A stretch of 64,000 nucleotides of DNA from an uncultured delta proteobacterium (GTDB lineage Bacteria > Myxococcota > Kuafuiibacteriia > Kuafuiibacteriales > Kuafuiibacteriaceae). The notes beneath the pieces are model-generated. The model was not told the origin of the DNA. It made no database searches and was given only the letters and a program-made list of their open reading frames with translations. The stretch spans positions 64,001-128,000 of the forward strand of contig CAWDML010000003.1 in the NCBI GenBank assembly GCA_963803435.1. Reading direction: 5' to 3'. The position numbers and the translations under genes are program-made. Numbering within the stretch: the first letter of the stretch is position 1; the number at the start of each line of letters is the position of its first letter. This document shows positions 39,772 through 50,186 of this stretch, piece by piece.

Positions 39772-41735
39772 TCGAGACGGATGACGAGCTGGCCCGCGCG
39801 TCCCGGCGCAGTCTCGAAGCTCTGTCGGCGCCGGCCGTCGTGACCGATCTCGACCTCGGCGACGTGCTTTCCTGCGGAAAGATGGAGCACGCTCGGAGTG
39901 GTGCCGCGCTCGACGCCGTCGATCCAGAGCTTGGCACCGGCGGGTATGGATTGGACGACGACGGAGCCGTTGCAGCGCTCGTAGATTCGACCGAAGCGCT
40001 GGCTCGCGACCGTCGCGCGCGCGCAGCCGAGGCACAGCTTCATGAACGATTCGATCGCCTGCGTCACCTCCGGACAGTGCCGACCCCAAGCGTCGTAGGC
40101 GGCCACCACGTTGTACACGGTGTCGTACTGAGGATCGGTGCGGTTCGCCTCCTCGAGCAACGCGATCGCCTCGCCGTACTTGCCTTCTCCGATGCGATGA
40201 AAGAAGGCGTCGTGGACCTCGTCGCTGACGGGCGCGTCCACGTAGCCCGCCGGAACGGTGCGAGGCTCGGGCCGCATGAAGCTCATCGCGGTCAACGCGG
40301 TCACCAGGAGCCCGATCGCGATGGCCAGGTGCCGGATGGGTCGCCTCTGCCGCGAGCGCGGGGCCACCACCGGAACCGCGAAGACCGTGCCGCTCCGCTC
40401 GAGGTCGTCGATATGGGAGGCCAGGGCTCCCGCAGAGGAGGGACGCTTCGCCGGGTCCTTGGAGAGCAGACCCATGACCAGCGACTCGATCCGCGGGTCG
40501 AGGCCGGGCACGCGGCGCCCGAGCGGGGGCGGGCTCGCGCTGACGTGCTGGCCGAGGAGCGCCGCGGTGTTGCCCGTGAACGGCGGCCGACCCGCGAGAC
40601 AGTGGTACGCGATCGCGCCCAGGCTGTAGAGGTCGCTCTCGGGCCGCACCGGCTCGGCCAGACATTGCTCGGGCGACATGTACGCAGGCGTGCCCAACAG
40701 CGTCCCCGCCAGCGTCGCCTGGGGCCGCGTCGATTCGGACTCGACCTTCACCTTGGCGACGCCGAAGTCGAGGATCTTCAGGGCCAGGTGATAACGGTCG
40801 CCTCCCTTGGAGGCGCCCTCCACACGTCGCTCGGATGAGCGCCCTTCCAGGGCGTCACCGCGCGCCAGGTGATAACGGTCGCCTCCCTTGGGGGGCTCGG
40901 ATGAGCGCCCTTCCCGGGCGTTGCTGCGCGCCGGCTGTCCGCCGACGCGGTCGACGAAGATGTTCGCCGGCTTGAGGTCGCGGTGGATGATCCCGAGGCC
41001 GTGCGCCTCTTCGAGGGATCGCGCCACCTGACGCATGATCTCCAGCGCATCGATCGAGTTGAGCGGACCGTCCCTGAGCACCTCCTCGAGCGAGCGGCCG
41101 CCCAGGAGCTCGGTCACGAAGTACGGGCGGCCGTCGCGCGTCCGGCCGTAATCGAAGAGCCTGACCGTGTTGGGATGGGTGAGCCGGGCGATGATCTGCG
41201 CCTCGCTCTCGAATCTCCGATTGAGATCGGCCAGGTCGACGCCGGACTCGGGCGAGAGGACCTTCACGGCGACCTTGCGCTTGATGCTCAGCTGCTCCGC
41301 CATATAGACGAACGCCATCGAGCCCTTGCCCAGACGCCGGACAATCCGATAGCGGCCGTCCAGCGTTTGGCCGATCAGGTTGTCGTCGGGCGGCTCCGTA
41401 TCGATGACGGCGAGCGTCCGTCCGGCGATCAGCGTGTCGGCCGCCTCCGACTCGTCGAAGCGGTGCGGAATCGGTGCCCCCGCGCGTTCGGTCAGCGCGT
41501 AGAGCTCGGCGCCGTCACGCGGACACACCTCGACGCCGCGGAACCGCTCGCCGCAGGTGGGGCACTTCAGCTCGACGAGGCTCGGGTCGGCCGTGACCGC
41601 GGTGGGGATCTCGCTGGAAGACCGGATACCCCGGTCGCCGATGTTGCGGCGGGTGGGTGCATCCTCTTCCCAGTCCGCATCCTCCAACGGATCGAGCCGC
41701 TCGGTCGAACTCTGGGATTTCGGCCGCCGTTTCAC
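39768..41735 (-). CDS. Membrane Hanks-type Ser/Thr kinase with zinc ribbon and C-terminal PEGA domain
   Basis: [52 protein letters not shown]. Confidence 0.93.
   Translation of the reverse strand: MKRRPKSQSSTERLDPLEDADWEEDAPTRRNIGDRGIRSSSEIPTAVTADPSLVELKCPTCGERFRGVEVCPRDGAELYALTERAGAPIPHRFDESEAADTLIAGRTLAVIDTEPPDDNLIGQTLDGRYRIVRRLGKGSMAFVYMAEQLSIKRKVAVKVLSPESGVDLADLNRRFESEAQIIARLTHPNTVRLFDYGRTRDGRPYFVTELLGGRSLEEVLRDGPLNSIDALEIMRQVARSLEEAHGLGIIHRDLKPANIFVDRVGGQPARSNAREGRSSEPPKGGDRYHLARGDALEGRSSERRVEGASKGGDRYHLALKILDFGVAKVKVESESTRPQATLAGTLLGTPAYMSPEQCLAEPVRPESDLYSLGAIAYHCLAGRPPFTGNTAALLGQHVSASPPPLGRRVPGLDPRIESLVMGLLSKDPAKRPSSAGALASHIDDLERSGTVFAVPVVAPRSRQRRPIRHLAIAIGLLVTALTAMSFMRPEPRTVPAGYVDAPVSDEVHDAFFHRIGEGKYGEAIALLEEANRTDPQYDTVYNVVAAYDAWGRHCPEVTQAIESFMKLCLGCARATVASQRFGRIYERCNGSVVVQSIPAGAKLWIDGVERGTTPSVLHLSAGKHVAEVEIGHDGRRRQSFETAPGRAGQLVIRLE
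40783..40929. repeat. Two-unit tandem repeat (81+66 bp) inserted in frame in the kinase domain
   Basis: gccaggtgataacggtcgcctcccttgg at 40783 and 40864; gctcggatgagcgcccttcc at 40829 and 40895. Confidence 0.9.
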
Positions 41736-41839
41736 CCGCTGACCATCCTAGAGAGCGTGCGTGAGTGTGTAAATGTGGCCCGGGTCGCGGGCACATGTCT
41801 CCCACGCGTCTACACGGTCGGCGTGCTATAGCGGGACCT

Positions 41840-42751
41840 GTGCTCGGCTGGGTGTTGCCGCTGGCGACCACGATCCTGGCCTACGGCCTCGCAGCGGGCA
41901 TTTGGAAGAGCGCCGCGCTCACGGCCGGCCAGTTCTGCGTCCTGTTCGTCGTCGTGAAGGTGGTGACGAACCTGGGCGCGTGGGCCGCGTTCAGCCGGAA
42001 ATCGATCTTCGAACAGGAATCGCGCGCATTTATTCGGTGGTGCGCCTTCGGGCACATCCTCAACGGGCTTGCCTGGATCTGCTACTTCACGGCCCTGTCG
42101 ACCGGTCCGGTCGCGATCGTGCAGACCGTCACCGCCGGGTATACGGCGTTGTCGGCCGTGCTCGCGCTGATCTTCCTCAAGGAGCGGCTGGTGGCCGTAC
42201 AGGCCCTCGGGATCGTGCTGGTGATCGCCGCGGCGATGATGATCGGGTACGCGACGGGTGGGGCCGGCGAGGCGGGCAGCGACCGGACCTGGTTCATCGC
42301 CAGCATGATGACGATCGCGTTCTGGGGCGGCGCGATGGTGTTCTTCAAGCACGCCTACAACCAGCCGGGTGCCGACGACTGGCGCTTCTTCGTCGTCAAC
42401 TTCATCGGTATGGCGCTCACCGTACTTCCGTACGGGCTCACGCAGCTCGAAGGCGCGACCTGGGCGCCGGAGGCCCTCGGGCTCGGCCTGGTGATCGTCT
42501 TTCTCTATGCGGTCGGTGACCTGACGCTCTTCGCGGCCATCAGCCGCGGGCCGGCGGCGATCGTGAGCCCGCTCTCCGGGCTCTATCCCATCCCCACGAT
42601 CGTCTACGCGGCGCTGGTGCTCGACGAATCGATCAACGGCCTCGAGTGGATCGCGATGGCGATGGTGCTCGTCGCGATCGTGATGATCGTCCCCGCGAAG
42701 GACAACCCGATCCTCCGGATCTTCGGCCGGAGGGAAGAGGAGCGCTCATGA
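41840..42751 (+). CDS. EamA/DMT family transporter
   Basis: About 10 TM, two repeats with ALSTGPVAIV / AISRGPAAIVSPL. Start uncertain. Confidence 0.85.
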   Translation: MLGWVLPLATTILAYGLAAGIWKSAALTAGQFCVLFVVVKVVTNLGAWAAFSRKSIFEQESRAFIRWCAFGHILNGLAWICYFTALSTGPVAIVQTVTAGYTALSAVLALIFLKERLVAVQALGIVLVIAAAMMIGYATGGAGEAGSDRTWFIASMMTIAFWGGAMVFFKHAYNQPGADDWRFFVVNFIGMALTVLPYGLTQLEGATWAPEALGLGLVIVFLYAVGDLTLFAAISRGPAAIVSPLSGLYPIPTIVYAALVLDESINGLEWIAMAMVLVAIVMIVPAKDNPILRIFGRREEERS

Positions 42752-43890
42752 AGATCCTGGTGCTCGGCGGTGTCGGTGCCATGGGGAGCGAGGCGACGCG
42801 AGACCTGGCGCGCACCAGCGCGTTCGAGGAGATCGTGATCGCGGACGCGAACCTCGCCAAGGCCGAGGCGTTGGCGCGGGAGCTGGGCGGCGGCCGTGTC
42901 CGCGCCGTGGCGGCGGACGTGTCTGACGAGGGCTCGCTCCCTCCGCTCTTCGCGGACTACGACGTCATTCTCAACTGTACCTCGTACGTGTTCGGGCTCG
43001 GGATCACGCGGGCGGCCCTCGAGGCGCGCCGGTCGCTCCTCGACCTGGGCGGGCTCTACAACACGCCGAAGCAGCTCGCGCTCGGAGAGGAGGCCAAGGA
43101 CAAGGGCGTCCTCATCGTCCTCGGTATGGGCGCGACGCCCGGGGTCTCCAACCTGATGGCTCGCGACGCCGCGGACCGCATGGATCAGGTCGACGAGATC
43201 CACGTCTCCTTCGCCACCTTTCGCCCGATCGCGCCCTCGCCCGGGCTGCTCTCCACGGTGCTCGACGAGTTCTCGCCGCAGACCCAGCGCTTCTACTATC
43301 AGGACGGCGCACACGTAGAGGCGCGACCGTTCGACGGTGCGCGGGAGGTGGAGTTCGCACCTCCGGTCGGGCGGGTCACGACGTACTTCGTGCCCCACTC
43401 CGAGATCCACACGCTCCCCCGCTTCATCAGCGGCGTGAAGCGGGTCTATCTCCGCGGGACCTGGCGGCCGGAGATCATGGCCGTGCTCCGGCACTACGGC
43501 GAGATCGGGCTGCTGTCGAGCGATCCGATCGAGGTCGACGGTGCGCGCGTCGCGCCCAAGAGGCTGCTGGCCGCCGTCCACCTGGCGAAGCATCCCTGGC
43601 CCGACGACGAGCAGTGGGCGTTCTACGTGAACGTCCAGGTGCAGGGGAAGAAGGATGGCGCGCCCACGACCGCGACCTACAACCTCTCGCATCCACCGCC
43701 GGCGGAGTGGCAGAAGTCCGCGACCGGTCGGGTCACCGGCATCCCCGCCTCGATCGCGGCGCAGAAGATCGCGCGGGGCGAGGTGCGCGCCGCCGCCGGT
43801 GTCTTCGCGCCCGAGGCGGTCTTCGATCCGGTCCCGTTCTTCGACGCGCTGGCCGAGCGGAAGATCTCGGTCGTACGGGAGTCAGCATGA
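42748..43890 (+). CDS. Saccharopine dehydrogenase-family oxidoreductase
   Basis: MKILVLGGVGAMG, DLGG, GMGATPGVSN, HSEIHTLP. Confidence 0.88.
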   Translation: MKILVLGGVGAMGSEATRDLARTSAFEEIVIADANLAKAEALARELGGGRVRAVAADVSDEGSLPPLFADYDVILNCTSYVFGLGITRAALEARRSLLDLGGLYNTPKQLALGEEAKDKGVLIVLGMGATPGVSNLMARDAADRMDQVDEIHVSFATFRPIAPSPGLLSTVLDEFSPQTQRFYYQDGAHVEARPFDGAREVEFAPPVGRVTTYFVPHSEIHTLPRFISGVKRVYLRGTWRPEIMAVLRHYGEIGLLSSDPIEVDGARVAPKRLLAAVHLAKHPWPDDEQWAFYVNVQVQGKKDGAPTTATYNLSHPPPAEWQKSATGRVTGIPASIAAQKIARGEVRAAAGVFAPEAVFDPVPFFDALAERKISVVRESA

Positions 43891-45323
43891 AGAAGGTTCA
43901 GATGTTCATCGGCGGCCGGCAGGCCGACGCCGCCGCCGGTGAGACCGAGACGATCCTCGATCCGTCGACCGAGCAGCCGCTGGCCGAGGTCCCGCTCGGA
44001 TCGGCCGAGGACGTCGATCGCGCGGTGGACGCCGCCGCCGCCGCCTTCGAGGGCTGGGCTGGTGCCACGCCGAAGGATCGGTCGCGCGCGCTGCTGGCGC
44101 TGGCAGATCTGATCGACCGGCACGCGGCCGAGCTCGCCGAGCTCGAGTCGAAGAACGTCGGCAAACCGATCGGGCTCGCCGAGTCGGAGATGCCGTTCAA
44201 CTCGGACAACCTGCGCTTCTTCGCAGGCGCCGCCCGCTGTCTCGAGGGGCGCGCCACCGGTGAGTACGCGGCCGATCGCACCAGCTGGATCCGTCGGGAG
44301 CCGGTGGGCGTCGTCGGATCGATCGCGCCTTGGAACTACCCCCTGATGATGGCGGTGTGGAAGATCGGACCCGCGCTCGCGGCCGGGAACACGGTCGTGC
44401 TGAAACCGGCCGAGACCACGCCGCTGACGGCGCTGCGGTTCGCCGAGCTGGCTGCCGAGATCCTGCCGGCGGGTGTCCTCAACGTGGTGACGGGGCACGG
44501 TCGTCCCGTCGGACAGGCGATCGTCGAGCATCCGCGGGTCCGCATGGTCTCGCTGACGGGCGACGTGGCCACCGGAAAGTCCGTGGCGCGGTCGGCCGCG
44601 GAGAGCCTGAAGCGCGTACATCTCGAGCTGGGCGGGAAGGCGCCGGTGATCGTATTCGACGACGCGGATCTCGATGAAGTGGTCGCGAGTGTACGGGCCA
44701 ACGGATACATCAACAGCGGACAGGACTGCACCGCGGCCTGCCGGGTGTACGCCGAGAAGCCCATCTTCGATCGCTTCCTCGCCGAGCTGGTCCCGGCGGT
44801 CGAGTCGATCAAGGTCGGCGATCCGTCCGATCGCTCGACAGAGATGGGGTCGTTGATCTCGGACCGCCAGCGCAGTCGCGTGGCCGGGTTCGTCGACCGC
44901 GTGCGCGGGACCGGGCATGGCGTGGTGGCGACCGGGGGGGCGGTGCGCTCGCGCGCCGGCTACTACTACGAGCCGACGGTGGTTGCGGGCGCGGAGCAGA
45001 GCGACGAGATCGTCCAGCGCGAGGTCTTCGGTCCGGTGGTGACGGTGACACGATTCGTCCGGGACGAGGAGGCGATCCGGTTCGCCAACGATGTCCGCTA
45101 CGGCCTGGCCGCGTCCGTCTGGACGAACAGCCTCGATCGCGCGCTCGAAGCGTCGCGCCGCCTTCGTTTCGGCACCGTCTGGATCAACGACCACTGCACG
45201 ATGGTGAGCGAGATGCCCCACGGCGGGAGCAAGGACTCGGGCTACGGCAAGGACATGTCGATGTATGCGGTCGAGGAGTACACCGAAGTGAAGCACGTGA
45301 TGGCGCGGATCCGACGAGGATGA
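43887..45323 (+). CDS. Gamma-aminobutyraldehyde dehydrogenase (PatD/YdcW-like ALDH)
   Basis: PWNYPLMMA, LELGGKAP, NSGQDCTAA, EMPHGGSKDSGYGKDMS. Confidence 0.9.
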   Translation: MKKVQMFIGGRQADAAAGETETILDPSTEQPLAEVPLGSAEDVDRAVDAAAAAFEGWAGATPKDRSRALLALADLIDRHAAELAELESKNVGKPIGLAESEMPFNSDNLRFFAGAARCLEGRATGEYAADRTSWIRREPVGVVGSIAPWNYPLMMAVWKIGPALAAGNTVVLKPAETTPLTALRFAELAAEILPAGVLNVVTGHGRPVGQAIVEHPRVRMVSLTGDVATGKSVARSAAESLKRVHLELGGKAPVIVFDDADLDEVVASVRANGYINSGQDCTAACRVYAEKPIFDRFLAELVPAVESIKVGDPSDRSTEMGSLISDRQRSRVAGFVDRVRGTGHGVVATGGAVRSRAGYYYEPTVVAGAEQSDEIVQREVFGPVVTVTRFVRDEEAIRFANDVRYGLAASVWTNSLDRALEASRRLRFGTVWINDHCTMVSEMPHGGSKDSGYGKDMSMYAVEEYTEVKHVMARIRRG

Positions 45324-47329
45324 TCGTGATGCGAGGAGCCGGGATCCTGTTCCTCTCGGTGGCCGCCTGCGCGCAGCCGCAGGCCGCGCAGCCGGGCCCC
45401 AAGGCTGCCGCGCCCGCGTCGGCGGCCCATCCCCCGTCGCCACACCCGCTGGATCCGCTCACCGCCGACGAGCTGGCCACCGCGGTCGACGTGCTCAGGA
45501 CCGAGGGCAAGCTGACCGAGGGGATGCTGTTCCCGATCCTGGTGCTCCACGAGCCGCCCAAGGAGGAGGTGCTGGCGTTCACCAGCGGACAGCCGATCCG
45601 GCGGGAGGCGTTCGCGGTGCTCCTCGATCGCGCCGCCAAGAAGACGTTCGAGGCGGTGATCGACGTGGTCCAGCGGAAGGTGGTCTCCTGGAAGGAGATC
45701 CCGGGCGTGCAGCCGGCCGTGCTCATCGAGGAGTTCGACTCGCCGAAGCAGCTGGTGCGCGACGACCCGCGCTGGCGAGCCGCCATCGCGAAGCGCGGGA
45801 TCACCGACCTGGAGAACGTGCAGATCGACACCTGGGCGGCCGGCGTGCTCTCGAAGTCGGAGCGGGCCTCGGGGCTCCGCCTATTGCGGGCGCTCGCGTA
45901 CTATCGCGGCAAGGACGGCACCAACCCGTACTATCGTCCGATCGAGGGCGTGGTCGCGACGGTCGACGTTGCTCACAAGAAGGTGCTCGAGGTGATCGAC
46001 ACCGGCGTGATCCCGTGGGTGAAGGAGGCAGGTCAGCTCGACCCGAAGAGCATCGGAGCCCAACGGGCGGCGCCGAAGCCGCTCCACATCACGCAGCCTG
46101 AGGGCCCGAGCTTCGTCATCGATGGTCACCAGATCCGCTGGCAGAACTGGCGCTTCCGCGTGGGGATGCACCCGCGCGAGGGCGTCGTCCTCTACGACGT
46201 CCGCTACGACGACCACGGCAAGGAGCGTCGGATCCTCTACCGGGCGGCCCTCTCGGAGATGGTGGTTCCGTACGGCGACACCGACCCGAACTGGATCTGG
46301 CGCAACGCCTTCGATCTGGGCGAGTACGGCGTGGGTCGGCTGGCGAACACCCTCACGGCCGGGCTCGACGTGCCGGAGAACGCCGCCTTCCTCGACGCCG
46401 TCTTCGCCGACGACTTCGGCAAGGCCTACGTGCAAGATAAGGCCATCGGGATCTACGAGCGGGACATCGGGATCCTCTGGAAGCACTTCGACTTCGAGAC
46501 GAGCCACGACGAGACGCGCCGCGAGCGGCAGCTGATCGTTCAGTTCGTCGCCACCATCGGCAACTACGACTACAGCATCCAGTGGATCTTCACGCAGGCG
46601 GCCGCGATCCAGGTGCAGGCCGAGCTCACCGGGATCATGCTCCCGAAGGGCGTCGCCGAGGAGAAGTCGAACGGCACCAGCGGCACGGGTCCCGAGCGCT
46701 TCGGTCGCATGGTCCACCACAACGTGGTGGCGCCGAACCACCAGCACTTCTTCAACTTCAGGATCGACCTCGACGTCGACGGCTCGAAGAACAGCTTCGC
46801 GATCCTCGACGATAAGCCGCTCCCGAAGAGCGAGAACCCGAGCCTCAACGCCTTCGTCTTCCAGGAGACGCGCCCCGCCACCGAGAAGGCGGCGAGGAGC
46901 GACATCAACATGATGACGCAGCGGATCTGGCGCGTCTTCAACCCGGACGTCACGACCACTCTGGGGCAGCCGACAGCCTATGCGCTGGTCCCCGGACACA
47001 ACTCGTTCCCGTATCTCGACCCGGGATCGGAGGTGAGAAAGCGCGCCGGCTTCATCGATCACCACGTTTGGGTGACCCGGTACAAGCCGGACGAGATGAA
47101 TGGCGGCGGGTACTATCCGAACCAGAGCCAGGACGCCGACGGTCTCCCGGTGTGGACCGCCGACGATGAGCCGATCGCAGGCCAGGACATCGTGCTCTGG
47201 TACACCTTCGGCGTCACCCACAACCCGCGACCCGAGGAGTGGCCGGTCATGCCGTCGCACCGCGCCGGCTTCATGCTGGTGCCCGACGGCTTCTTCACCC
47301 AGAACCCCGCGCTCGACGTGCCCCGCTGA
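45320..47329 (+). CDS. Copper/TPQ primary amine oxidase (TynA-like), lipoprotein
   Basis: HPLDPL, TIGNYDY (TPQ), HQH and VTH Cu ligands, EEWPVMP, lipobox VAAC. Confidence 0.93.
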   Translation: MIVMRGAGILFLSVAACAQPQAAQPGPKAAAPASAAHPPSPHPLDPLTADELATAVDVLRTEGKLTEGMLFPILVLHEPPKEEVLAFTSGQPIRREAFAVLLDRAAKKTFEAVIDVVQRKVVSWKEIPGVQPAVLIEEFDSPKQLVRDDPRWRAAIAKRGITDLENVQIDTWAAGVLSKSERASGLRLLRALAYYRGKDGTNPYYRPIEGVVATVDVAHKKVLEVIDTGVIPWVKEAGQLDPKSIGAQRAAPKPLHITQPEGPSFVIDGHQIRWQNWRFRVGMHPREGVVLYDVRYDDHGKERRILYRAALSEMVVPYGDTDPNWIWRNAFDLGEYGVGRLANTLTAGLDVPENAAFLDAVFADDFGKAYVQDKAIGIYERDIGILWKHFDFETSHDETRRERQLIVQFVATIGNYDYSIQWIFTQAAAIQVQAELTGIMLPKGVAEEKSNGTSGTGPERFGRMVHHNVVAPNHQHFFNFRIDLDVDGSKNSFAILDDKPLPKSENPSLNAFVFQETRPATEKAARSDINMMTQRIWRVFNPDVTTTLGQPTAYALVPGHNSFPYLDPGSEVRKRAGFIDHHVWVTRYKPDEMNGGGYYPNQSQDADGLPVWTADDEPIAGQDIVLWYTFGVTHNPRPEEWPVMPSHRAGFMLVPDGFFTQNPALDVPR

Positions 47330-47441
47330 CGCCGCGTCTCGATGCGCGCGGGACCTACCTGCCGCCATCTGCCTCAGGGCTGGTCACCCCCGTCGTTCGG
47401 CTCAAGCTTGGCCCCCACCGGCCGATTTGCCTCATTGGCAG

Positions 47442-48879
47442 ATGACCTTGCACCCGGCCATGGAGCGCAGAGCTCGGCTCGTCCGGATCCTCGCCCTGGT
47501 CGAAGCGGTCCTGATGCCGCTCAGCGCGCTCACGGTCCGCGGATCCTCGAACCCCGGGCTGGCGCTCGAGGTGCCGAAGGTCATGCTCCCCGGCGCCTGC
47601 ATCATGTTCCTGGCGTACCTGATGGCCCGGGCCCGGAAGGTCGAGGTGGCCTCGGTGTTGTTCGTGGCGACCCACTGGCTGATCCCGCTGGCCATCGCCT
47701 ACATGATTCCACACCCGTACGAGAACGACGCCGTCTCCGTGCTGTTCCTGACCCTCGCTGTGCTGGCGGCGAGCCTCCTGATCGGCGTCCGCGGGGTGGT
47801 GGCCACGGCGGCCTCCGCGGTGGCGGCGATCGTTGTCCTTCGACTGATGCTGCGGCCCCAGGCGTTCGCGAGTCCCATGCTGGAGACGCTGGTCTTCTTC
47901 GTCATGTTCTCGGTGACGCTGATCGGCGCCTCGATCCATCGGAACGGCGAGGAAGCGGACCGCGCAAAAGAGATCCGCGCTCGCAACGCTGAGCTCGAGC
48001 ACCTACGGGCGAACCTCGAGCATCGCGTCGCCGATCGAACGATTCGAGCTCGAGCTCGCGAACACCGAGCTGACGATGGCCAACGACCTCCTGCGCACCA
48101 GCCAGGACCGGATGCTCCTCGCCGAGAAGATGGCCTCGCTCGGACGTCTGACGGCCGGTATCGCACACGAGATGAACTCACCGCTGGCGGCCATCCGCGC
48201 CTCCGTCGAGTCCGCCGCGGAGCTGATGACTGAATACAAGGCGTCGATCGGAGACCCCAGCGTCAACGACGACGACTACCGCGAGATCGGCCGCGAGCTC
48301 GACGAGTGCCTGGACCTGGCCGCTGCGGGGGTCGCACGCGCGGTGGACTTCGTCCGCAGCATCAAGGCCCAGACCCGGGAGCCGACGAGCAACGACCCCG
48401 TCCAATTCGACGCGGTCACTGCTGTACGCGACGCCCTCAGCCTCCTCGGTCATCGGGCCATCGCCGAGAAGAGCAGCCTCTCGTTCCATGCCTCGATGGA
48501 CCACGCCGAGATCCGCGGCAAGCCGGGGCGGCTCGAGCAGGTGGTGACGAACCTGGTCCAGAACGGGATCGACGCCACCCGCGACCACGGCGGGGGCGAG
48601 GTGAGCGTCAAGCTCGAGCGCGAGGGAGGAGAGCTGGTCCTCAGCGTCGCCGACGACGGCTGTGGGATTCCCGCCGACGTCCTCCCGAAGATCTTCGATC
48701 CGCTCTTCACCACCAAGCCGATCGGCCAGGGCACCGGCCTCGGGCTCACCATCGTCCACGACATCGTCTACGGAGAGCTCGGCGGCCGGCTCGATGTCTC
48801 GTGTCTCCCTCACGGAGGGACCGCCTTCATCGCACGGCTACCGCTCATCGAGGAGATCCAGGATGGCACGCAAGCATAA
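47442..48879 (+). pseudogene. Membrane-bound histidine kinase, frameshifted near 48045
   Basis: TM sensor ends LEHRVADRT. The next frame continues [43 protein letters not shown]. Confidence 0.85.
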
Positions 48880-50161
48880 AACGACGCAGGAGTCCGGCCA
48901 TGTGGTCCTCCTCATCGACGACAATCCCGAGTACCTGCGCTCGACCGAGCGGATCCTCCGCCGCGCCGGACACCGCGTCCTCACGGCCGAAGGAGGGCCT
49001 CAGGGTCTCGAGATCGTGAAGTCGGAGCCCGTGGAGGTGATCCTCGTCGACTTCCTGATGCCCGTGATGAACGGCGAGGAGTTCGTTCGCGAGCTGCGGA
49101 CCTTCAACAAGAAGGTCCAGGTCATCCTGCAGACCGGCTACGCGCAAGAGCTCCCTCCGGCGGCGATGCTCAAGAAGCTCGACATCCAGGGCTACCACGA
49201 GAAGAGCGACGGGCCCTACAAGCTGCTGCTCTGGACCGACGTGGGGCTGCAGGCCGCCCAGACCGTGCGCCGGCTGGAGCAGGTCCGCGCGGGCCTTACG
49301 CGCATCCTCGAGGTTTCGCGTGAAGGCGAGCCGCTCGACGAGCTCATGCAAGGTATCCTGCAGCAGGCTACGGCGCTCTTGGGGCAGGGCGATTCCTGTC
49401 TGGTCACCGATGAGAAGGGCGAGCTCATGGTCGCCGCCGGTCTCGGTCGATTTCAGCAGGGTCAGCGCGTCGCCGAGCTGCTGGACGAGGAGACGGTCCA
49501 GCTCGTTCGCTCCGCGCTTGCCGGCCGAAACCCCATCAGCTCGGAGGGCTGCTACGTGCTACCGCTGGACGCAAGCGATCTCTCCCTCGCCATCGTCCAC
49601 CTCGATCACCTCACGAACGACAGCATCGACCTCCAGATCCTGCAGCTCTTCGCCCACCACGCGTCCATCGCGATCCACAACGCCAAGCTTCACGATGGGG
49701 TCGCGGTCGACGGGGCCACCGGCGCCTACACCCGCCGCTTCTTCGAGCACGCGCTGCTGCGTGAGCTCCGTATCTCACATCGGTCCCGCCAGCCGCTCTC
49801 GGTCCTGCGGGTGGGTTATCGAGCAGAAGATCCACCGCTCGCGATCAGCGAGCTGATCCGGCGCTCGACGCGCGCGACGGACGTGCTTGGGCGCTACGGC
49901 GAGCGGGAGTTCTGCGTCGTGCTCCCGAACACCGACGCTGCCGGAGCGGGTGTCGTGGCCGAACGCATCGCGAGCGGCCTGGTCGAGGCCAACGTCGGCG
50001 CAGCGGCCCTCTCACCGCCCCCCGAGAACGCGCAGATGTCGGTCCCGGAGCAGTACTTCAGGAGCGTCGCCCACACGATGATCGGTCAAGCGGAAGAGAC
50101 CGTTCACAACGAGGCCTTCCAGGCGGTCGCACTCTCGCTCGACTGGCCTCCTTTGCCGTAA
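48863..50161 (+). CDS. REC-GAF-degenerate GGDEF protein (paralog of 32780-34225)
   Basis: Shared QVILQTGYA..LDIQGYHEKSDGP. Active site reads RYGEREF; RATD I-site retained. Confidence 0.85.
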   Translation: MARKHKTTQESGHVVLLIDDNPEYLRSTERILRRAGHRVLTAEGGPQGLEIVKSEPVEVILVDFLMPVMNGEEFVRELRTFNKKVQVILQTGYAQELPPAAMLKKLDIQGYHEKSDGPYKLLLWTDVGLQAAQTVRRLEQVRAGLTRILEVSREGEPLDELMQGILQQATALLGQGDSCLVTDEKGELMVAAGLGRFQQGQRVAELLDEETVQLVRSALAGRNPISSEGCYVLPLDASDLSLAIVHLDHLTNDSIDLQILQLFAHHASIAIHNAKLHDGVAVDGATGAYTRRFFEHALLRELRISHRSRQPLSVLRVGYRAEDPPLAISELIRRSTRATDVLGRYGEREFCVVLPNTDAAGAGVVAERIASGLVEANVGAAALSPPPENAQMSVPEQYFRSVAHTMIGQAEETVHNEAFQAVALSLDWPPLP

Positions 50162-50186
50162 GGTTTGGGGCGATCGGGCCGAATCG

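Noticed and set aside
39772-40665. N-terminal extension of the 37477-40665 ORF
   Set aside because: Overlaps the kinase in another frame; the plausible start is the GTG at 39771.
40783-40929. Mini-CRISPR (28-bp repeat)
   Set aside because: Only two copies, the intervening sequences are themselves homologous, and it lies in frame inside a CDS.
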